The translations under genes were made by a program, and so were the position numbers. From IMG/VR virus record IMGVR_UViG_3300001528_000580, positions 64,001 to 128,000 of that record: a DNA stretch of 64,000 nucleotides; one strand, 5' to 3'. Below the pieces are notes generated by a model. It was not told the DNA's origin. It saw only the letters and a program-made list of their open reading frames with translations, and ran no database searches. Shown one piece after another: positions 1 through 10,405 of the stretch. Numbering within the stretch: the stretch's first letter is position 1; each line of letters starts with the position of its first letter. The stretch is from a virus (lineage: Duplodnaviria; Caudoviricetes).

Positions 1-110
1 TATTGTGCTATTTTTTATTTATGTGAAACCATTGATATATTTAATATTATTATCGATAATAATATATAAATCTAGTTATAAAAAAGTTGTGTTTTTTATA
101 CTTATATGAC

Positions 111-140
111 TTGAAAAAATATATTTTAGGTGTATAGTAA
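111..140 (+). promoter_or_regulatory. sigma70/sigmaA-like early promoter; representative of dozens of near-identical promoters in the window
   Basis: TTGAAA then GGTG-TATAGT. The same pattern precedes almost every unit in 1-28 kb and recurs on the - strand later (actatacacc). Confidence 0.8.
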
Positions 141-179
141 TAATGGTTAAAGGGAAAATAAGTATAGGAAACTTTCATT

Positions 180-347
180 ATGAAAATTGTTGAATGGTAT
201 ATTTATTCTACTATCAATAACGAGCAAATTGGTGAAACATACGAGTGTGAAAGTATGTGCGAAGATGAAGTAATGGACAAACTTATTTCTGATTATGGTT
301 ATCCACGTGAAATCTATATTAAGAAGAATGATTCTTGGGAGGAATAA
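180..347 (+). CDS. hypothetical acidic protein (55 aa)
   Basis: ORF after promoter and RBS; below the ORF-track cutoff. Confidence 0.65.
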   Translation: MKIVEWYIYSTINNEQIGETYECESMCEDEVMDKLISDYGYPREIYIKKNDSWEE

Positions 348-349
348 AA

Positions 350-754
350 ATGAATAAAGTTTTCAACTTGGTTCATGTTAACTTGAAGGTCGAATTTATT
401 ACTGATGAATCCGGCGGTATTGTTAAGAAGAATTGGGAAATTCATAACTATAATGTTATTATTGAAAATACCAATAATACCAAACGGTATACTGCTGGTG
501 GTTATAAAGGTAATGAACGTTATCTGGTTGCTGGTTATGGTGCTTATAGCATTAAGGCAGAAAATGTTAATAAAGTTTTTTCTTCCGTTGCCGGAAACAT
601 GGTTTATGTTTCTGTTGATATTATTGAAAATAAAGGCAAAAGAGTTAATCATTTTGAGCTTAAAAAGAAACTTGAGCAAGAAGCATTGAATAAACTCCTT
701 GAACGTCATCAATATTACCTTGACTTTGCTAGCTTCTTCAGAAACGCAGAATAA
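350..754 (+). CDS. hypothetical protein
   Basis: ORF, GGAGG RBS before ATG 350. Confidence 0.75.
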   Translation: MNKVFNLVHVNLKVEFITDESGGIVKKNWEIHNYNVIIENTNNTKRYTAGGYKGNERYLVAGYGAYSIKAENVNKVFSSVAGNMVYVSVDIIENKGKRVNHFELKKKLEQEALNKLLERHQYYLDFASFFRNAE

Positions 755-763
755 AATATTATT

Positions 764-795
764 ACAGAAAGTTGAAATATACTTTCTGTTTTTGT
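764..795 (+). terminator. Intrinsic terminator; same GTTGAAATATAC core reused at about 1427-1450 and 2089-2115
   Basis: acagaaagt-tgaaatat-actttctgt followed by a T-run. Confidence 0.8.
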
Positions 796-969
796 TTTTA
801 TTTTTATGCCGAATAGATAAATATTATTATCGATAATAATATCTATTTACTTATATTAACGGAGAATAATCAGGAGAGACAAATAAAAAATTGAAATTTC
901 TTCGTTTTATAACTTGAAAAAAATATTAATTGTGATATAGTATATTACAACTAAATGAAAGGGATAACA

Positions 970-1152
970 ATGAAATTTCTTCGGAAAATTACTTATAATT
1001 TCAAAAATGCAGTTATTGCTATTTTTATGATTCTTATTACTTTTTTGTTTGTGTATGTGAAATACTGGTGGACAAAAGAAGCACTTTCCGATATTGCAGG
1101 AAGAGAAGTAAAAACAACAACGGTTCTTTGGTCAATATTTAAGGAGAATTGA
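970..1152 (+). CDS. small membrane protein
   Basis: ORF, one TM segment. Confidence 0.7.
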   Translation: MKFLRKITYNFKNAVIAIFMILITFLFVYVKYWWTKEALSDIAGREVKTTTVLWSIFKEN

Positions 1153-1154
1153 AA

Positions 1155-1415
1155 ATGAAGAAAGAAGCAATTGTTGATTTTAACAAATTGTCTAAATGGG
1201 GATTGATTGTTGAAATTAACAAAAAAGTTCTTCATCCGCTCGGTTTAGCTTTGAGCTATAATGACAATGGAAAATCAAAGGGAGCGATTATTTCCGATGA
1301 TTATATATGGGAATATGGCAAAGATACAGTGAAAAAACATAAAAAGTTGAAAAAGAAATTTGCCAAAAACAGAAAGAAAATTTTAGGTTCACTTTTGAAG
1401 AAAAAGAAAAAGTAA
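1155..1415 (+). CDS. phage hypothetical protein
   Basis: ORF, AAGGAG RBS, EINKKVLHPLGLAL motif seen in phage proteins. Confidence 0.75.
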   Translation: MKKEAIVDFNKLSKWGLIVEINKKVLHPLGLALSYNDNGKSKGAIISDDYIWEYGKDTVKKHKKLKKKFAKNRKKILGSLLKKKKK

Positions 1416-1621
1416 ATCAAATATTAAGCAAGTTGAAATATACTTGTTTTTTTATTTTTATCATATCATTGTTTAACTAATATATTGTTATCGATAATAA
1501 TATTTCTCTTCATAATAAAAAATGTATTTTTTATATTTTTGCTCTTGACTTTTTACAAAATGAGATTATATTAATAAGTAGAAATAAAAGTTATGTCCAT
1601 GATAAAATAAAGGTTTTTTAT

Positions 1622-1798
1622 ATGGATAAAGAAACTATGAAAAAAGTAAATGAACTTTTGTTATCTGCTCCGAAACCTACAATTAAAGAACTTGCCGAAC
1701 TTGTTATTTGGGCAGGTTATAAACTTCCTTCGCCTAAAATTAAAGAAGGTCAGTTTGATTTTAAGAAAAAAAAGAGAAATAGAAAGATTATCGCTTGA
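1622..1798 (+). CDS. hypothetical protein (58 aa)
   Basis: ORF after promoter. Confidence 0.55.
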   Translation: MDKETMKKVNELLLSAPKPTIKELAELVIWAGYKLPSPKIKEGQFDFKKKKRNRKIIA

Positions 1799-1863
1799 AT
1801 TTCTTTGTTTTTGTGCTATATTATAATTAGTAACAGAAAAACAACCACTAAAGGAGTTTAATC

Positions 1864-2082
1864 ATGGAAGACCTCAAATTTCAATATATGATGCTTGGAC
1901 GGCTTAAAAGCGATTGTGATTATTTCTTGGGATTTGGTGGAAGAAGTGAACGCCGCCTTTGGGCAGGTAATGTAAAAGACCAGATCAAAGAAATGAAAGA
2001 ACGGTGGAACAGGTTGGAAGTAAAACCGGAATGGTTGACTATGGAACAAATAGAAGAATATGAAAGACAGATGACAGCGTGA
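1864..2082 (+). CDS. LPD11-like (large polyvalent protein-associated) domain protein
   Basis: YMMLGRLKSDCDYFLG...LWAG...KPEWLT motif. Confidence 0.7.
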   Translation: MEDLKFQYMMLGRLKSDCDYFLGFGGRSERRLWAGNVKDQIKEMKERWNRLEVKPEWLTMEQIEEYERQMTA

Positions 2083-2289
2083 TTATATAAGGCAGTTGAA
2101 ATATACTGCCTTTTTCTTTTTATTATTCTTAGATAATATAATATATTATTATCGATAACAATAGATATTGTTGCAATTCTTCATTGAAAAATAATTAAAA
2201 ATTTTTGTTGTATCTCCTTGAAATTTTTATGTTTTATTGTATATTATAAACAGTTACCAGTAAAACAACCAATAAATACAGGAATTGAA

Positions 2290-2817
2290 ATGAAAGCGCA
2301 GAATGTTGTTGAAGCTGTCAAATTTTTTCTTGAAAAGGGAGAATCCAAAGAGGAAATTATTGATTGCCTGAAATTAACAACTTTGGAATTTGAATTGGTT
2401 GAATTGATTGTTTCACAAGAGGAAAAGCTGGTTAACCGTAGTTTAATATCGGAACCAGTAAAATCAAATTTTTCTGATGAATTATCACGTTTTATCTTGA
2501 TGAATAGTTGTAAATATACCTACAATGATTTGGTAATAAAATTTAACAAATCATATCAAACTATTTATCAACAGATTCACAAGCTGAATTTGAGTGTTCA
2601 TATTCTTAGTGGTAAAAGAGTAACACAACGCACTGGAATTATAGCTGATTTGGTAGCTTTTGTCAATAAAAACAAACATAAATACACAGAAAAAGAACTT
2701 GCAGAACTGTTTGGATTGCCGCTTAATAGAGTAAAAACATCATTAGCAAATGCTGATATGCGTCAGTATATTAAAGGCACTTATGGAAAACCAATGAAAA
2801 CAAGCATCAGAAAATAA
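2290..2817 (+). CDS. putative DNA-binding protein with tandem HTH-like segments
   Basis: KYTYNDLVIKFNKS and KYTEKELAELFGLP repeats. Confidence 0.55.
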   Translation: MKAQNVVEAVKFFLEKGESKEEIIDCLKLTTLEFELVELIVSQEEKLVNRSLISEPVKSNFSDELSRFILMNSCKYTYNDLVIKFNKSYQTIYQQIHKLNLSVHILSGKRVTQRTGIIADLVAFVNKNKHKYTEKELAELFGLPLNRVKTSLANADMRQYIKGTYGKPMKTSIRK

Positions 2818-3008
2818 GTTCAAAAATAGTAGGTAATTTACATTACCTACTATTTATATTTATTGTTATAGGTTGAATTAATATATTATTATCAATAATA
2901 ATATATATTCACAATAAATAAAAACATAATTTTTTCAAATTCAGACTTGTATTTTTATGTTTATGTGGTATAGTATAATAAAGGCAAAAACCACACAATA
3001 TAAAGGGA

Positions 3009-3524
3009 ATGAATATGTTGTTGACTTACGAACAGCTTCCGCAGGAAACGAAAAATTTTATTGATGGTGTTGTTAATGCTATCAAAAAATATTTTCCCTA
3101 TTCCGATGTAGGTTATAAATTTTGGGCAGGTTTGGGAGAACCGAGTGTTCAATTTTATATTTACCTTTCAAAAGATGCTTCTGAATGTGCTAGCCGTATT
3201 CGGCGTAATGATGCGTTGAGAACTTACTTTGAAGTATACCTTAATAGTGATGGTTCTCTCAATGGGGATAAAACAGTAATACAACTTATTACTGGTGGTT
3301 TCTGTATGCGTATTGCAGACAAAAATATTCCGAAGGAAAAGTTTTGTGTATATGGTAGTGTAAAACTTCCATTCCGCAAAATTACAGGAACTCCTGAAAA
3401 AATTATTGCAGGTATGGAAAAATGGGCGTTGAAAACTGCAACAATCTTGCTTGAAAATGCTGAAGCTATCAATGCCGGAACGATTAAGGGACTTTTCACT
3501 GTTCAAGATAAAGTAGTTATTTAA
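3009..3524 (+). CDS. hypothetical protein
   Basis: ORF with promoter and RBS. Confidence 0.75.
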   Translation: MNMLLTYEQLPQETKNFIDGVVNAIKKYFPYSDVGYKFWAGLGEPSVQFYIYLSKDASECASRIRRNDALRTYFEVYLNSDGSLNGDKTVIQLITGGFCMRIADKNIPKEKFCVYGSVKLPFRKITGTPEKIIAGMEKWALKTATILLENAEAINAGTIKGLFTVQDKVVI

Positions 3525-3536
3525 TGAGGTTTTCAA

Positions 3537-3773
3537 ATGGACAAGATTAAAGAACTTGAAAAAATCCTCGAAGAACTGAAAAAGTCAGACGGTTTAACTA
3601 TCATTTCTTATCATATCGGAAGTAAAGGAGAATATAAAACTGTTCAAGAAAATATTAAATTTGATGTTTTTGAAAGGAATGTCAATTTTAAGAAAGTTTC
3701 TTTATTTGACAGTTTGGATATTCATAATAAAATAATTGAACTTATCCAAAATGAAATCCAAAATTTGAAATAA
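3537..3773 (+). CDS. hypothetical protein
   Basis: ORF, GAGG RBS. Confidence 0.7.
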   Translation: MDKIKELEKILEELKKSDGLTIISYHIGSKGEYKTVQENIKFDVFERNVNFKKVSLFDSLDIHNKIIELIQNEIQNLK

Positions 3774-3965
3774 TATTTATAAAGGAATGTTATAAAATAC
3801 ATTCCTTTTTTCTTTGTATTTATATAAGCAATTAATTTATATTATTATGGATAATAATATATAAGCATTCATAATTTTTGTTTATTTTTTTGGAAATATG
3901 ATTTGATTTTTTTATTTTTTGTGATATAGTATAATAAAGGGAAAATAAAAATAAGAGGTATTAAA

Positions 3966-4403
3966 ATGAATAAATCTGAAATTGAAAGAATCCTGAAAAG
4001 AGTTTGTGCTGATTATGAACTGGATTTTTCGGCAGATGACCAGTATTTTGATATTTATGTAACAAATTATAATGCCGATTCTTATGGCATTAACCATGTT
4101 GATACGCAGGTTTTTAATAAGCGTGGTTATGAACGCTTTGAAAGAGTGATGGATAACCTTCAGGTAAGATGTTCAAGTTATAATTTTGATGTTCTTTATG
4201 ACGTAAGCGGTTATGAATACTGGACAAAAGATATGCAGGAATCAAATTATATTTGCATTTCTATACTTATTCATAATTATGATGCAGATTTTTCCAAATT
4301 TGAGGAAGATTTGGATAAATTTATTTCCAATGTACAAGAAAAATATCGTGAAATCCTTTCGCATGACAGCTATATCCGTAAGGGATATGAAAGCTGTATT
4401 TGA
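3966..4403 (+). CDS. hypothetical protein
   Basis: ORF with promoter and RBS. Confidence 0.75.
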   Translation: MNKSEIERILKRVCADYELDFSADDQYFDIYVTNYNADSYGINHVDTQVFNKRGYERFERVMDNLQVRCSSYNFDVLYDVSGYEYWTKDMQESNYICISILIHNYDADFSKFEEDLDKFISNVQEKYREILSHDSYIRKGYESCI

Positions 4404-4490
4404 AAAAATCGATAATTTTTCAATTTCATAACTTGTATTTTTTAGAAATGGTGATATAGTATAGTAAACAACCACAACAGGAGATACGAA

Positions 4491-4730
4491 ATGAAAATTG
4501 AAGACATTGGACTTTACAAGCATGTAACAGGATTGATTGTCGCTGCAAATAAAAAAGTAGAGGTTCACGGCGATTATAAAGAAATTGCACGGTGGTTTCC
4601 TAATGAGGGAATCCAATGGAACATGAAACGCATTCCTGCCGATTGCAGAGCGCATATTGAATCGGTTTATAAAGCCGATTGCAAAGAAGCAAAAGAAAAA
4701 CAAGAGAAAAATAAATCGGATTCACAGTAA
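4491..4730 (+). CDS. hypothetical protein
   Basis: ORF with promoter and AGGAG RBS. Confidence 0.75.
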   Translation: MKIEDIGLYKHVTGLIVAANKKVEVHGDYKEIARWFPNEGIQWNMKRIPADCRAHIESVYKADCKEAKEKQEKNKSDSQ

Positions 4731-4957
4731 TCAGAAAAATAAATCAAATTCAAGGTGGATTTTTCCACCTTATTTTTTTGTTTCATTATGTCAAAAAAAT
4801 ATATATTATTATGGATAATAATATATTATGATGTTTGTCATTGATAAAAAAATTCTAAAAAATATTGAAAAGGTACTTGAAAAATCATTGTAATGGTGTA
4901 TAGTATATTAAAGGCAGAAAGAAAAGCCTAAACGCAAAAATAAGGAAGGATCTGAAA

Positions 4958-5068
4958 ATGGGCAAAACCTACCGCAAGTCTGCAACTCTTGAAAACCGTA
5001 AAGCCAAGAATTTCAAGAAAGCAAAGGATGCCAAGCGGTTTAAAAACAAGAAATATGCTGACGATTAA
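4958..5068 (+). CDS. small basic protein MGKTYRKS... (36 aa)
   Basis: Own promoter, AAGGA RBS; N-terminus shared with 11756 and 58453 ORFs. Confidence 0.6.
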   Translation: MGKTYRKSATLENRKAKNFKKAKDAKRFKNKKYADD

Positions 5069-5263
5069 AATAGTTTCAATCGGCTTTGGGGGTGATTGGA
5101 ACGTAAGATTGTCGATTTTGGAGATGTAACAAAAACAGTAAGTCTCAATTTCAGCAAATAGTCCACCGATTTCTATTTGTGGACTATTTTTATTTAACAA
5201 CTTGACTTTTTGGAGAGTAGTTATATAGTATATAATAATCAAAAAATGGATTAGCAAAAAATT

Positions 5264-5791
5264 ATGCTGTTAAGGAATATAAATTCAGGGGATAAGTTTA
5301 TTATTGATAGTAGGGGAAAACAAGTTGTAATAACTATTATCAATAAAACACCTGATGGAAAATATACAGTTGAAACACAATGTGGAAAAGTTCACATTCT
5401 TTCAAGAGAAACAATAAGCACTTTTTCAAGATATAAAGAGTTTAAAGAAAAGAAGCAAACACTCTTGGATTTAGCTGTTTTAGTTCTGATAGAAGAAAAC
5501 AAACCAATGAAAGTGAGCGAAATTCTTCGATGTATTAAAGAAAAAGGGTACAAGGTTCCAAGAAATGGTGACACTTTAGAATGTTCTCTGTCGTCAAGGT
5601 TAACAACAAATGCAAAAGAATGTATTGTTGGAAGAATTAGAGTTAAAAAGTTGGCGAATGGTATTTTTGTTCATAAAGATTGGCAAGGAATATTTAATGC
5701 GCCTTTAACTCAATTTGAATTGAGAGAACAATCAAAAGAGAATAGAAAAAGGTTGATTGAGCATGAAATAAGTAGCATTGTAGGAGAATAA
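5264..5791 (+). CDS. winged-helix (HARE-HTH-like) protein, paralog 1
   Basis: PMKVSEIL...TLECSLSSRL...KKLANGIF; aligns with 14117 and 19589. Confidence 0.65.
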   Translation: MLLRNINSGDKFIIDSRGKQVVITIINKTPDGKYTVETQCGKVHILSRETISTFSRYKEFKEKKQTLLDLAVLVLIEENKPMKVSEILRCIKEKGYKVPRNGDTLECSLSSRLTTNAKECIVGRIRVKKLANGIFVHKDWQGIFNAPLTQFELREQSKENRKRLIEHEISSIVGE

Positions 5792-5794
5792 AAA

Positions 5795-6100
5795 ATGGCA
5801 AAAATGACATTTGCACCTTTTTCTGGTATTAATGCCGACGGTTTTAAAATAAAAGTTGGTGATAAAGAGGAAACATATTATTATGGAGTTAACGCTTCAT
5901 ATAATAGAGTTTTTGCAACTGCTGAAGAACCTTATGTTTCTGATATATTGCAAAAAACAATTAATGAAAACAAAATTTCAATCAATGAATTTGAAGTTGT
6001 TGATAGTTGGAATGTTTATAAAAATGTTTATCATAAAGGAGTTGAAAATAAAAAGTCAATATGTAAATATATCCAAGAATTGCAATTTGTGAAAAAATAA
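5795..6100 (+). CDS. hypothetical protein
   Basis: ORF, AGGAG RBS. Confidence 0.75.
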   Translation: MAKMTFAPFSGINADGFKIKVGDKEETYYYGVNASYNRVFATAEEPYVSDILQKTINENKISINEFEVVDSWNVYKNVYHKGVENKKSICKYIQELQFVKK

Positions 6101-6309
6101 AATATTTGAGGAATGGTGGAAAACCCATTCCTTTTTTTGTCTGTTAATAGTAGTTGATCATTTATATATTATTATCGATAATTATATTATCTAGTTTTTA
6201 TAACATAAAAATATTCAATTTTTTTTATGATAACGTATTGATTTTTTCTAAATATGTGTTATAGTATATATAAGAAAACCAAAACACAAAATTAAATTTG
6301 GAGCTAAAA

Positions 6310-6843
6310 ATGAATAAACTTACCGCTCTTGTTAAAGTGATTTACAATGATAAGGACTGTGTTATTCTTTCTACGAAAAGAAAAGACAAAATGGCTCTGA
6401 TTTGTACTGGCTGTTTTAATGGTGATGAAAATACGATTCGACTGACAAAAGAGAAAGAACCGACATATACTATTTTTAATGGTAGTTCACATTATTCAAT
6501 GAGTGAAAATATGCTCGTTTCTCAGCAGGATAGAAACAAGATGAGACTTATCAAAGAAACAGTTGTAGAGGATTTTGGAATTGCTCTTTATGGAAATGAT
6601 GTTGCAAAAACTTGTGGCGATGCAAGTGTAGAAAAAGCAAGAAGTGGAAAGCATGTCATTCGTCTTTGTTGGTTTCATGAAAATGACATTGCCATTCATC
6701 GTGATAGCACTTATATTAAACATGTGAAAGGCATAGAAGAAGCAAGAAAATGGGTGTTCAATCACTTTAATAATGTTATTGCAGAAACTCCCATTATGAA
6801 AACTGAAAACAATAGTTATAAGATTGATTTTGCAACCAATTGA
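6310..6843 (+). CDS. hypothetical protein
   Basis: ORF with promoter and RBS. Confidence 0.75.
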   Translation: MNKLTALVKVIYNDKDCVILSTKRKDKMALICTGCFNGDENTIRLTKEKEPTYTIFNGSSHYSMSENMLVSQQDRNKMRLIKETVVEDFGIALYGNDVAKTCGDASVEKARSGKHVIRLCWFHENDIAIHRDSTYIKHVKGIEEARKWVFNHFNNVIAETPIMKTENNSYKIDFATN

Positions 6844-6951
6844 GAATTTTAAGGCAAGCTAAAAACTTGCCTTTTTTATTTTTGTTTTTCTGTTAATATT
6901 ATACATATTATTATCGATAATTATATATAACAATTATTCCAGAATAAAGAC

Positions 6952-7130
6952 AAAAAAATTGGTGTAACACGGTAAAGCAAATGAAAGGGAAAAGAATTAC
7001 TTTACCTAGCAGACAACCACGAACTGCTGTTACACCAATAAAAAACCAGAGGAGTGGTTTTTTAGCGCCCCGACCGCATCGATTTTTAAACAACAATATA
7101 CAGAAAGGAGAAGTCATTTTTTCTGTTACT
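6952..7130 (-). ncRNA. putative structured sRNA with CU-rich loops
   Basis: Own - strand promoter (TTGACT 7164-7159), long stem attggtgtaaca/tgttacaccaat ending in a U-run, no convincing RBS or ORF. Confidence 0.5.
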
Positions 7131-7276
7131 AATTATAATATAGCACGAAAAAAATGAAAGTCAAGTATTTTTTAAAAAATATTTTTATTTTTTTTGTATC
7201 TATTGGACTTGATTTTTCATTTTTTGGTGTTATACTAATAATAGAGAAACAACCATATTGAAGGGGAATAAGAAAA

Positions 7277-7502
7277 ATGGGAAGCAATAATACTATTGAA
7301 AGCAAAATAGAGCACCTTGCAAGCGATTTAAGGCAGGTCTTTTTGTCCATGAAAGTAATACATGGAAAAGAAGTTGAACGACCTTGTAAATCAATGCAGG
7401 GACAAAATAATCGAATATGCCAAAACGATTAAAGGCACTGATGAATTTAAATTCATTGATAACCTTATGTTTGAAATGTTTATTGAATATTCCAAAATGT
7501 AA
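7277..7502 (+). pseudogene. frameshifted hypothetical gene
   Basis: Coding-like sequence continues in another frame after ggaaaagaag (about 7365). Confidence 0.45.
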
Positions 7503-7576
7503 AGAATTTTTTGCTATTACTACTTGAAATTTCATTTTTTTGTGATATAGTAATAATAGAAAATAAAGGAAAGCAT

Positions 7577-7768
7577 ATGAAAACAATTCTGCTGATTCCA
7601 AGTATGGTAATAATTAATACTACTGCTATTGCAGTTATGCCAAAGTTGTTTTCTTATTTTGGTTATAATAATTGGCAAGCAGGACTTTTTTGTGTTGGGC
7701 TTATTGCTGTTATTATTGGAATGGTTTTCTTGATGGTAATGCACGATGACAGAAAGGGAAGAATATGA
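7577..7768 (+). CDS. small membrane protein
   Basis: Two hydrophobic segments, RBS. Confidence 0.7.
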   Translation: MKTILLIPSMVIINTTAIAVMPKLFSYFGYNNWQAGLFCVGLIAVIIGMVFLMVMHDDRKGRI

Positions 7769-7884
7769 AAATTATTCAAAGAAAAGCGTATTGTGCTTTC
7801 TGTGGCAAAAAAGTTTTGCTCCCTTTGGAACGGTGGAAAATCCTTAAACAAGGTGGTATGTTTGTTTGCAAACGTTGCAGTTAA
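7765..7884 (+). pseudogene. Zn-ribbon mini-gene split by a 1-nt frameshift
   Basis: CAFC in one frame and CKRC in another; one extra A in gcaaaaag restores the frame. Confidence 0.4.
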
Positions 7885-7893
7885 GGAGTAATT

Positions 7894-8193
7894 ATGAATT
7901 TCAGACAAATTATGGCAGAAATGGCAAGACGGAAAGTTCAATTTCATAAAGATGAAAAATGGAACGAAATTTCTTGTTTTGGTTTATTTCAATGGGGAAC
8001 AATTTCAAAATACCTTGTTGGTAATGAAAATATGAAAACTTTTGTTTCGCCTCTTTTTATAAATTCATTCGGTTCAACAAGAGAAAATAAAATTATTTGG
8101 GTTAAACCAACAAAAGAATGTTGGGAAAAATATATCAAACCTTTGATTGAAAAACACACTCTTGTTGAATTACAAGAAATGTCATGGGGATAA
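7894..8193 (+). CDS. hypothetical protein
   Basis: ORF, AAGGAG RBS. Confidence 0.75.
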   Translation: MNFRQIMAEMARRKVQFHKDEKWNEISCFGLFQWGTISKYLVGNENMKTFVSPLFINSFGSTRENKIIWVKPTKECWEKYIKPLIEKHTLVELQEMSWG

Positions 8194-8197
8194 AAAT

Positions 8198-8416
8198 ATG
8201 ATTTGGTTAATTATTGGATTGATTGTTTATGCAGTAATCGGCATTATTTTAGGTGTTGGTTATTGTATTGTTTCTCAATCAGATTCAGGGTTTGTTAAGG
8301 ATCTGTTTTTCAAAATAATTCCTATAATGTTTATTTGGCTGATTGTGATTATATTAGCAGTAATAGCAATTGTCCTTTATAAAATTGCTAATGCAATATT
8401 TAGTATTATTGAATGA
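8198..8416 (+). CDS. membrane protein
   Basis: Two TM segments. Confidence 0.7.
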   Translation: MIWLIIGLIVYAVIGIILGVGYCIVSQSDSGFVKDLFFKIIPIMFIWLIVIILAVIAIVLYKIANAIFSIIE

Positions 8417-8599
8417 TGCAACTATCATTCTTTTTTTATCATGTTTTGCGAAAATAAAAGATATATCATTATCGATAATAATATAATATGGTATCTTCAG
8501 CTATCATAAAAAAATGAAAAAATTATTGTTTTTGTGCTTGAAATTTCAAAGAATTGATGTATGTTATATATTGTAAACAGGAAAGGAAATACAAGCAAT

Positions 8600-8722
8600 A
8601 TGGATTATGAAATGATTTTTTTGTTGGTCGGTGTAGCGGTAATTATCGGCATTAAAATCTATGTTGCTTATCAGAAAACCAAACCTGAAAAAAGTTCAAA
8701 AAAAGTTCACAAGAATACTTGA
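8600..8722 (+). CDS. small membrane protein (40 aa)
   Basis: Promoter, RBS, TM segment. Confidence 0.55.
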   Translation: MDYEMIFLLVGVAVIIGIKIYVAYQKTKPEKSSKKVHKNT

Positions 8723-8854
8723 AAAACTCAAAAACTGGTGTATGTTATAGTAAAGCAAAAGAACAGAGAACTTGAAAAAGAGCAAATAAAAAAATTCAAA
8801 AAAAGTTCAAAGTTGAGCTTGAAAAAAACACAAAACAGAGTATATTAAGTAATG

Positions 8855-9160
8855 TAAACGATAGCTCATAAGAGCAAATGATAAATCGAAAAAATCGGAA
8901 TGGCGATAAGGAAAGGATGGTTATAAAATGAAGTAACGTTAAAATAACAACCAACCTCTTGACATGATAAATAAAATTAAACGTTAACGCCGCAACAATA
9001 TGGTGAATAAAATGAAGTAACGAAGAAATAAACTTAACTTTTTGAATATATCGCTGTGTTAGCTAAAACATTAACGCCGAAGTCGGCATTAAAAGCGGGT
9101 AAGCGGAATGAATAAGATTCGAGATCGAACTTAACAAGTTATAAACTTGAATATTTGCTT
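8855..9160 (+). ncRNA. putative ncRNA with internal repeats
   Basis: Tandem promoters upstream, no ORF; ATAAAATGAAGTAACG x2 and AAACRTTAACGCCG x2. Confidence 0.5.
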
Positions 9161-9162
9161 AA

Positions 9163-9181
9163 AATTTCTACTTATGTAGAT
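9163..9181 (+). CRISPR. solitary Cas12a-type repeat handle AATTTCTACTTATGTAGAT
   Basis: Matches the 19-nt type V-A crRNA handle AATTTCTACT-NNN-GTAGAT. Confidence 0.8.
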
Positions 9182-9322
9182 AAACTCACAGGAGAAATGG
9201 AAAATGAACATCGACTACGCCGCAAATACAAACATTCACCCTCCGTAACGTTTAATTAACCTTTTTTTAACTTAAATAATAATGATTAGATTTTTTTAGT
9301 TTTTCTTTTGATTGTTTCTTTT

Positions 9323-9341
9323 AATTTCTACTCGTGTAGAT
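9323..9341 (+). CRISPR. solitary Cas12a-type repeat handle AATTTCTACTCGTGTAGAT
   Basis: Type V-A handle, loop variant. Confidence 0.8.
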
Positions 9342-9419
9342 ACTAAGACAAAAAGTAATCAGGATAATCTTCCAAATGATGAAATTTTGTTAAATAAAAG
9401 TAAATAATCAGCCGTTGAT

Positions 9420-9495
9420 GCGTTCTTAACTCAGTCGGTAGAGTATCACCCTTTTAAGGTGAGAGTCATGGGTTCGAGTCCCATAGAACGTACCA
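9420..9495 (+). tRNA. tRNA-Lys(TTT)
   Basis: Full cloverleaf, CTTTTAA loop, encoded CCA. Confidence 0.95.
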
Positions 9496-9892
9496 TTTTC
9501 TCAAAATTAGGTTGTAGAGAAGAACCTAAAAAATATAACAAAAACTGCTCTTGTTAAAATCATTTGAGATTTCGATTGGCAAGATACAAAGCATTGGAGC
9601 AAAAAAACCATGCACTTTATTAGAGCCATGCCGTAAAATAATTTCTTCATTTGTAATTTTCGATTATGTAATCCTTTTGAATAGCCTGTTATGAAAATAG
9701 CAGGTTATTTTTTTGTTTTATCATTTTCTTTTCTATTTATTATCTATAATTATCGATAATAATATATTTCAATATTTGGTTGTAGATAAAAAAATGAAAA
9801 AAAGTTTTATTTTAACTTGTAATTTTCAAATAATGATGTATAGTATATTTAGAGAACAGAGAAAACCACACTTAATATAAAGGGAATAAAAC

Positions 9893-10087
9893 ATGTTGGC
9901 TTTTGAAAAAACTCTTATGACCGTTTATTTCTCGAATGAAAACAAAGAATTAGCACCCCTTTTTATTGATGGCAAAATTGAACAGCAAAGGGACGGTTCT
10001 TTTTATGTCATTGTGAACGGTGAGCTTGTTGCCAAGTATGGCAATTATAACGATGCTGTGCAATTCGTCAAAGAAAACTATAAATAA
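9893..10087 (+). CDS. hypothetical protein
   Basis: ORF with promoter and RBS. Confidence 0.7.
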   Translation: MLAFEKTLMTVYFSNENKELAPLFIDGKIEQQRDGSFYVIVNGELVAKYGNYNDAVQFVKENYK

Positions 10088-10096
10088 AGGTTTGAC

Positions 10097-10405
10097 ATGC
10101 TTTATCTTGAAAAAGTAAATGTTCAATATGGTGCTCCAATGGGGCGTAGAGAATGGAATGAATGTCCCGGAATAAAAGTCTGTGGCAGTATTCAAGAAAT
10201 AGCCATGAGAGAAGGCTATGATTCAGGCGGCGCATATTGGGGAACTCCTAATAATGTATATTGCGCACAATACAATCATTTTGATAAGAATACAAATAAA
10301 GAGTATTCCGGCAGAGTGTTTGTACGTGCCTTTTCTCGTGAAAGTGCAATAGAGCAGGTGAATAAGATTAGCGGTTGGGAAAATGTAAAATTCCGCAAAA
10401 AATAA
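10097..10405 (+). CDS. conserved phage protein
   Basis: YGAPMGR...GYDSGGAYWG motif. Confidence 0.75.
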   Translation: MLYLEKVNVQYGAPMGRREWNECPGIKVCGSIQEIAMREGYDSGGAYWGTPNNVYCAQYNHFDKNTNKEYSGRVFVRAFSRESAIEQVNKISGWENVKFRKK

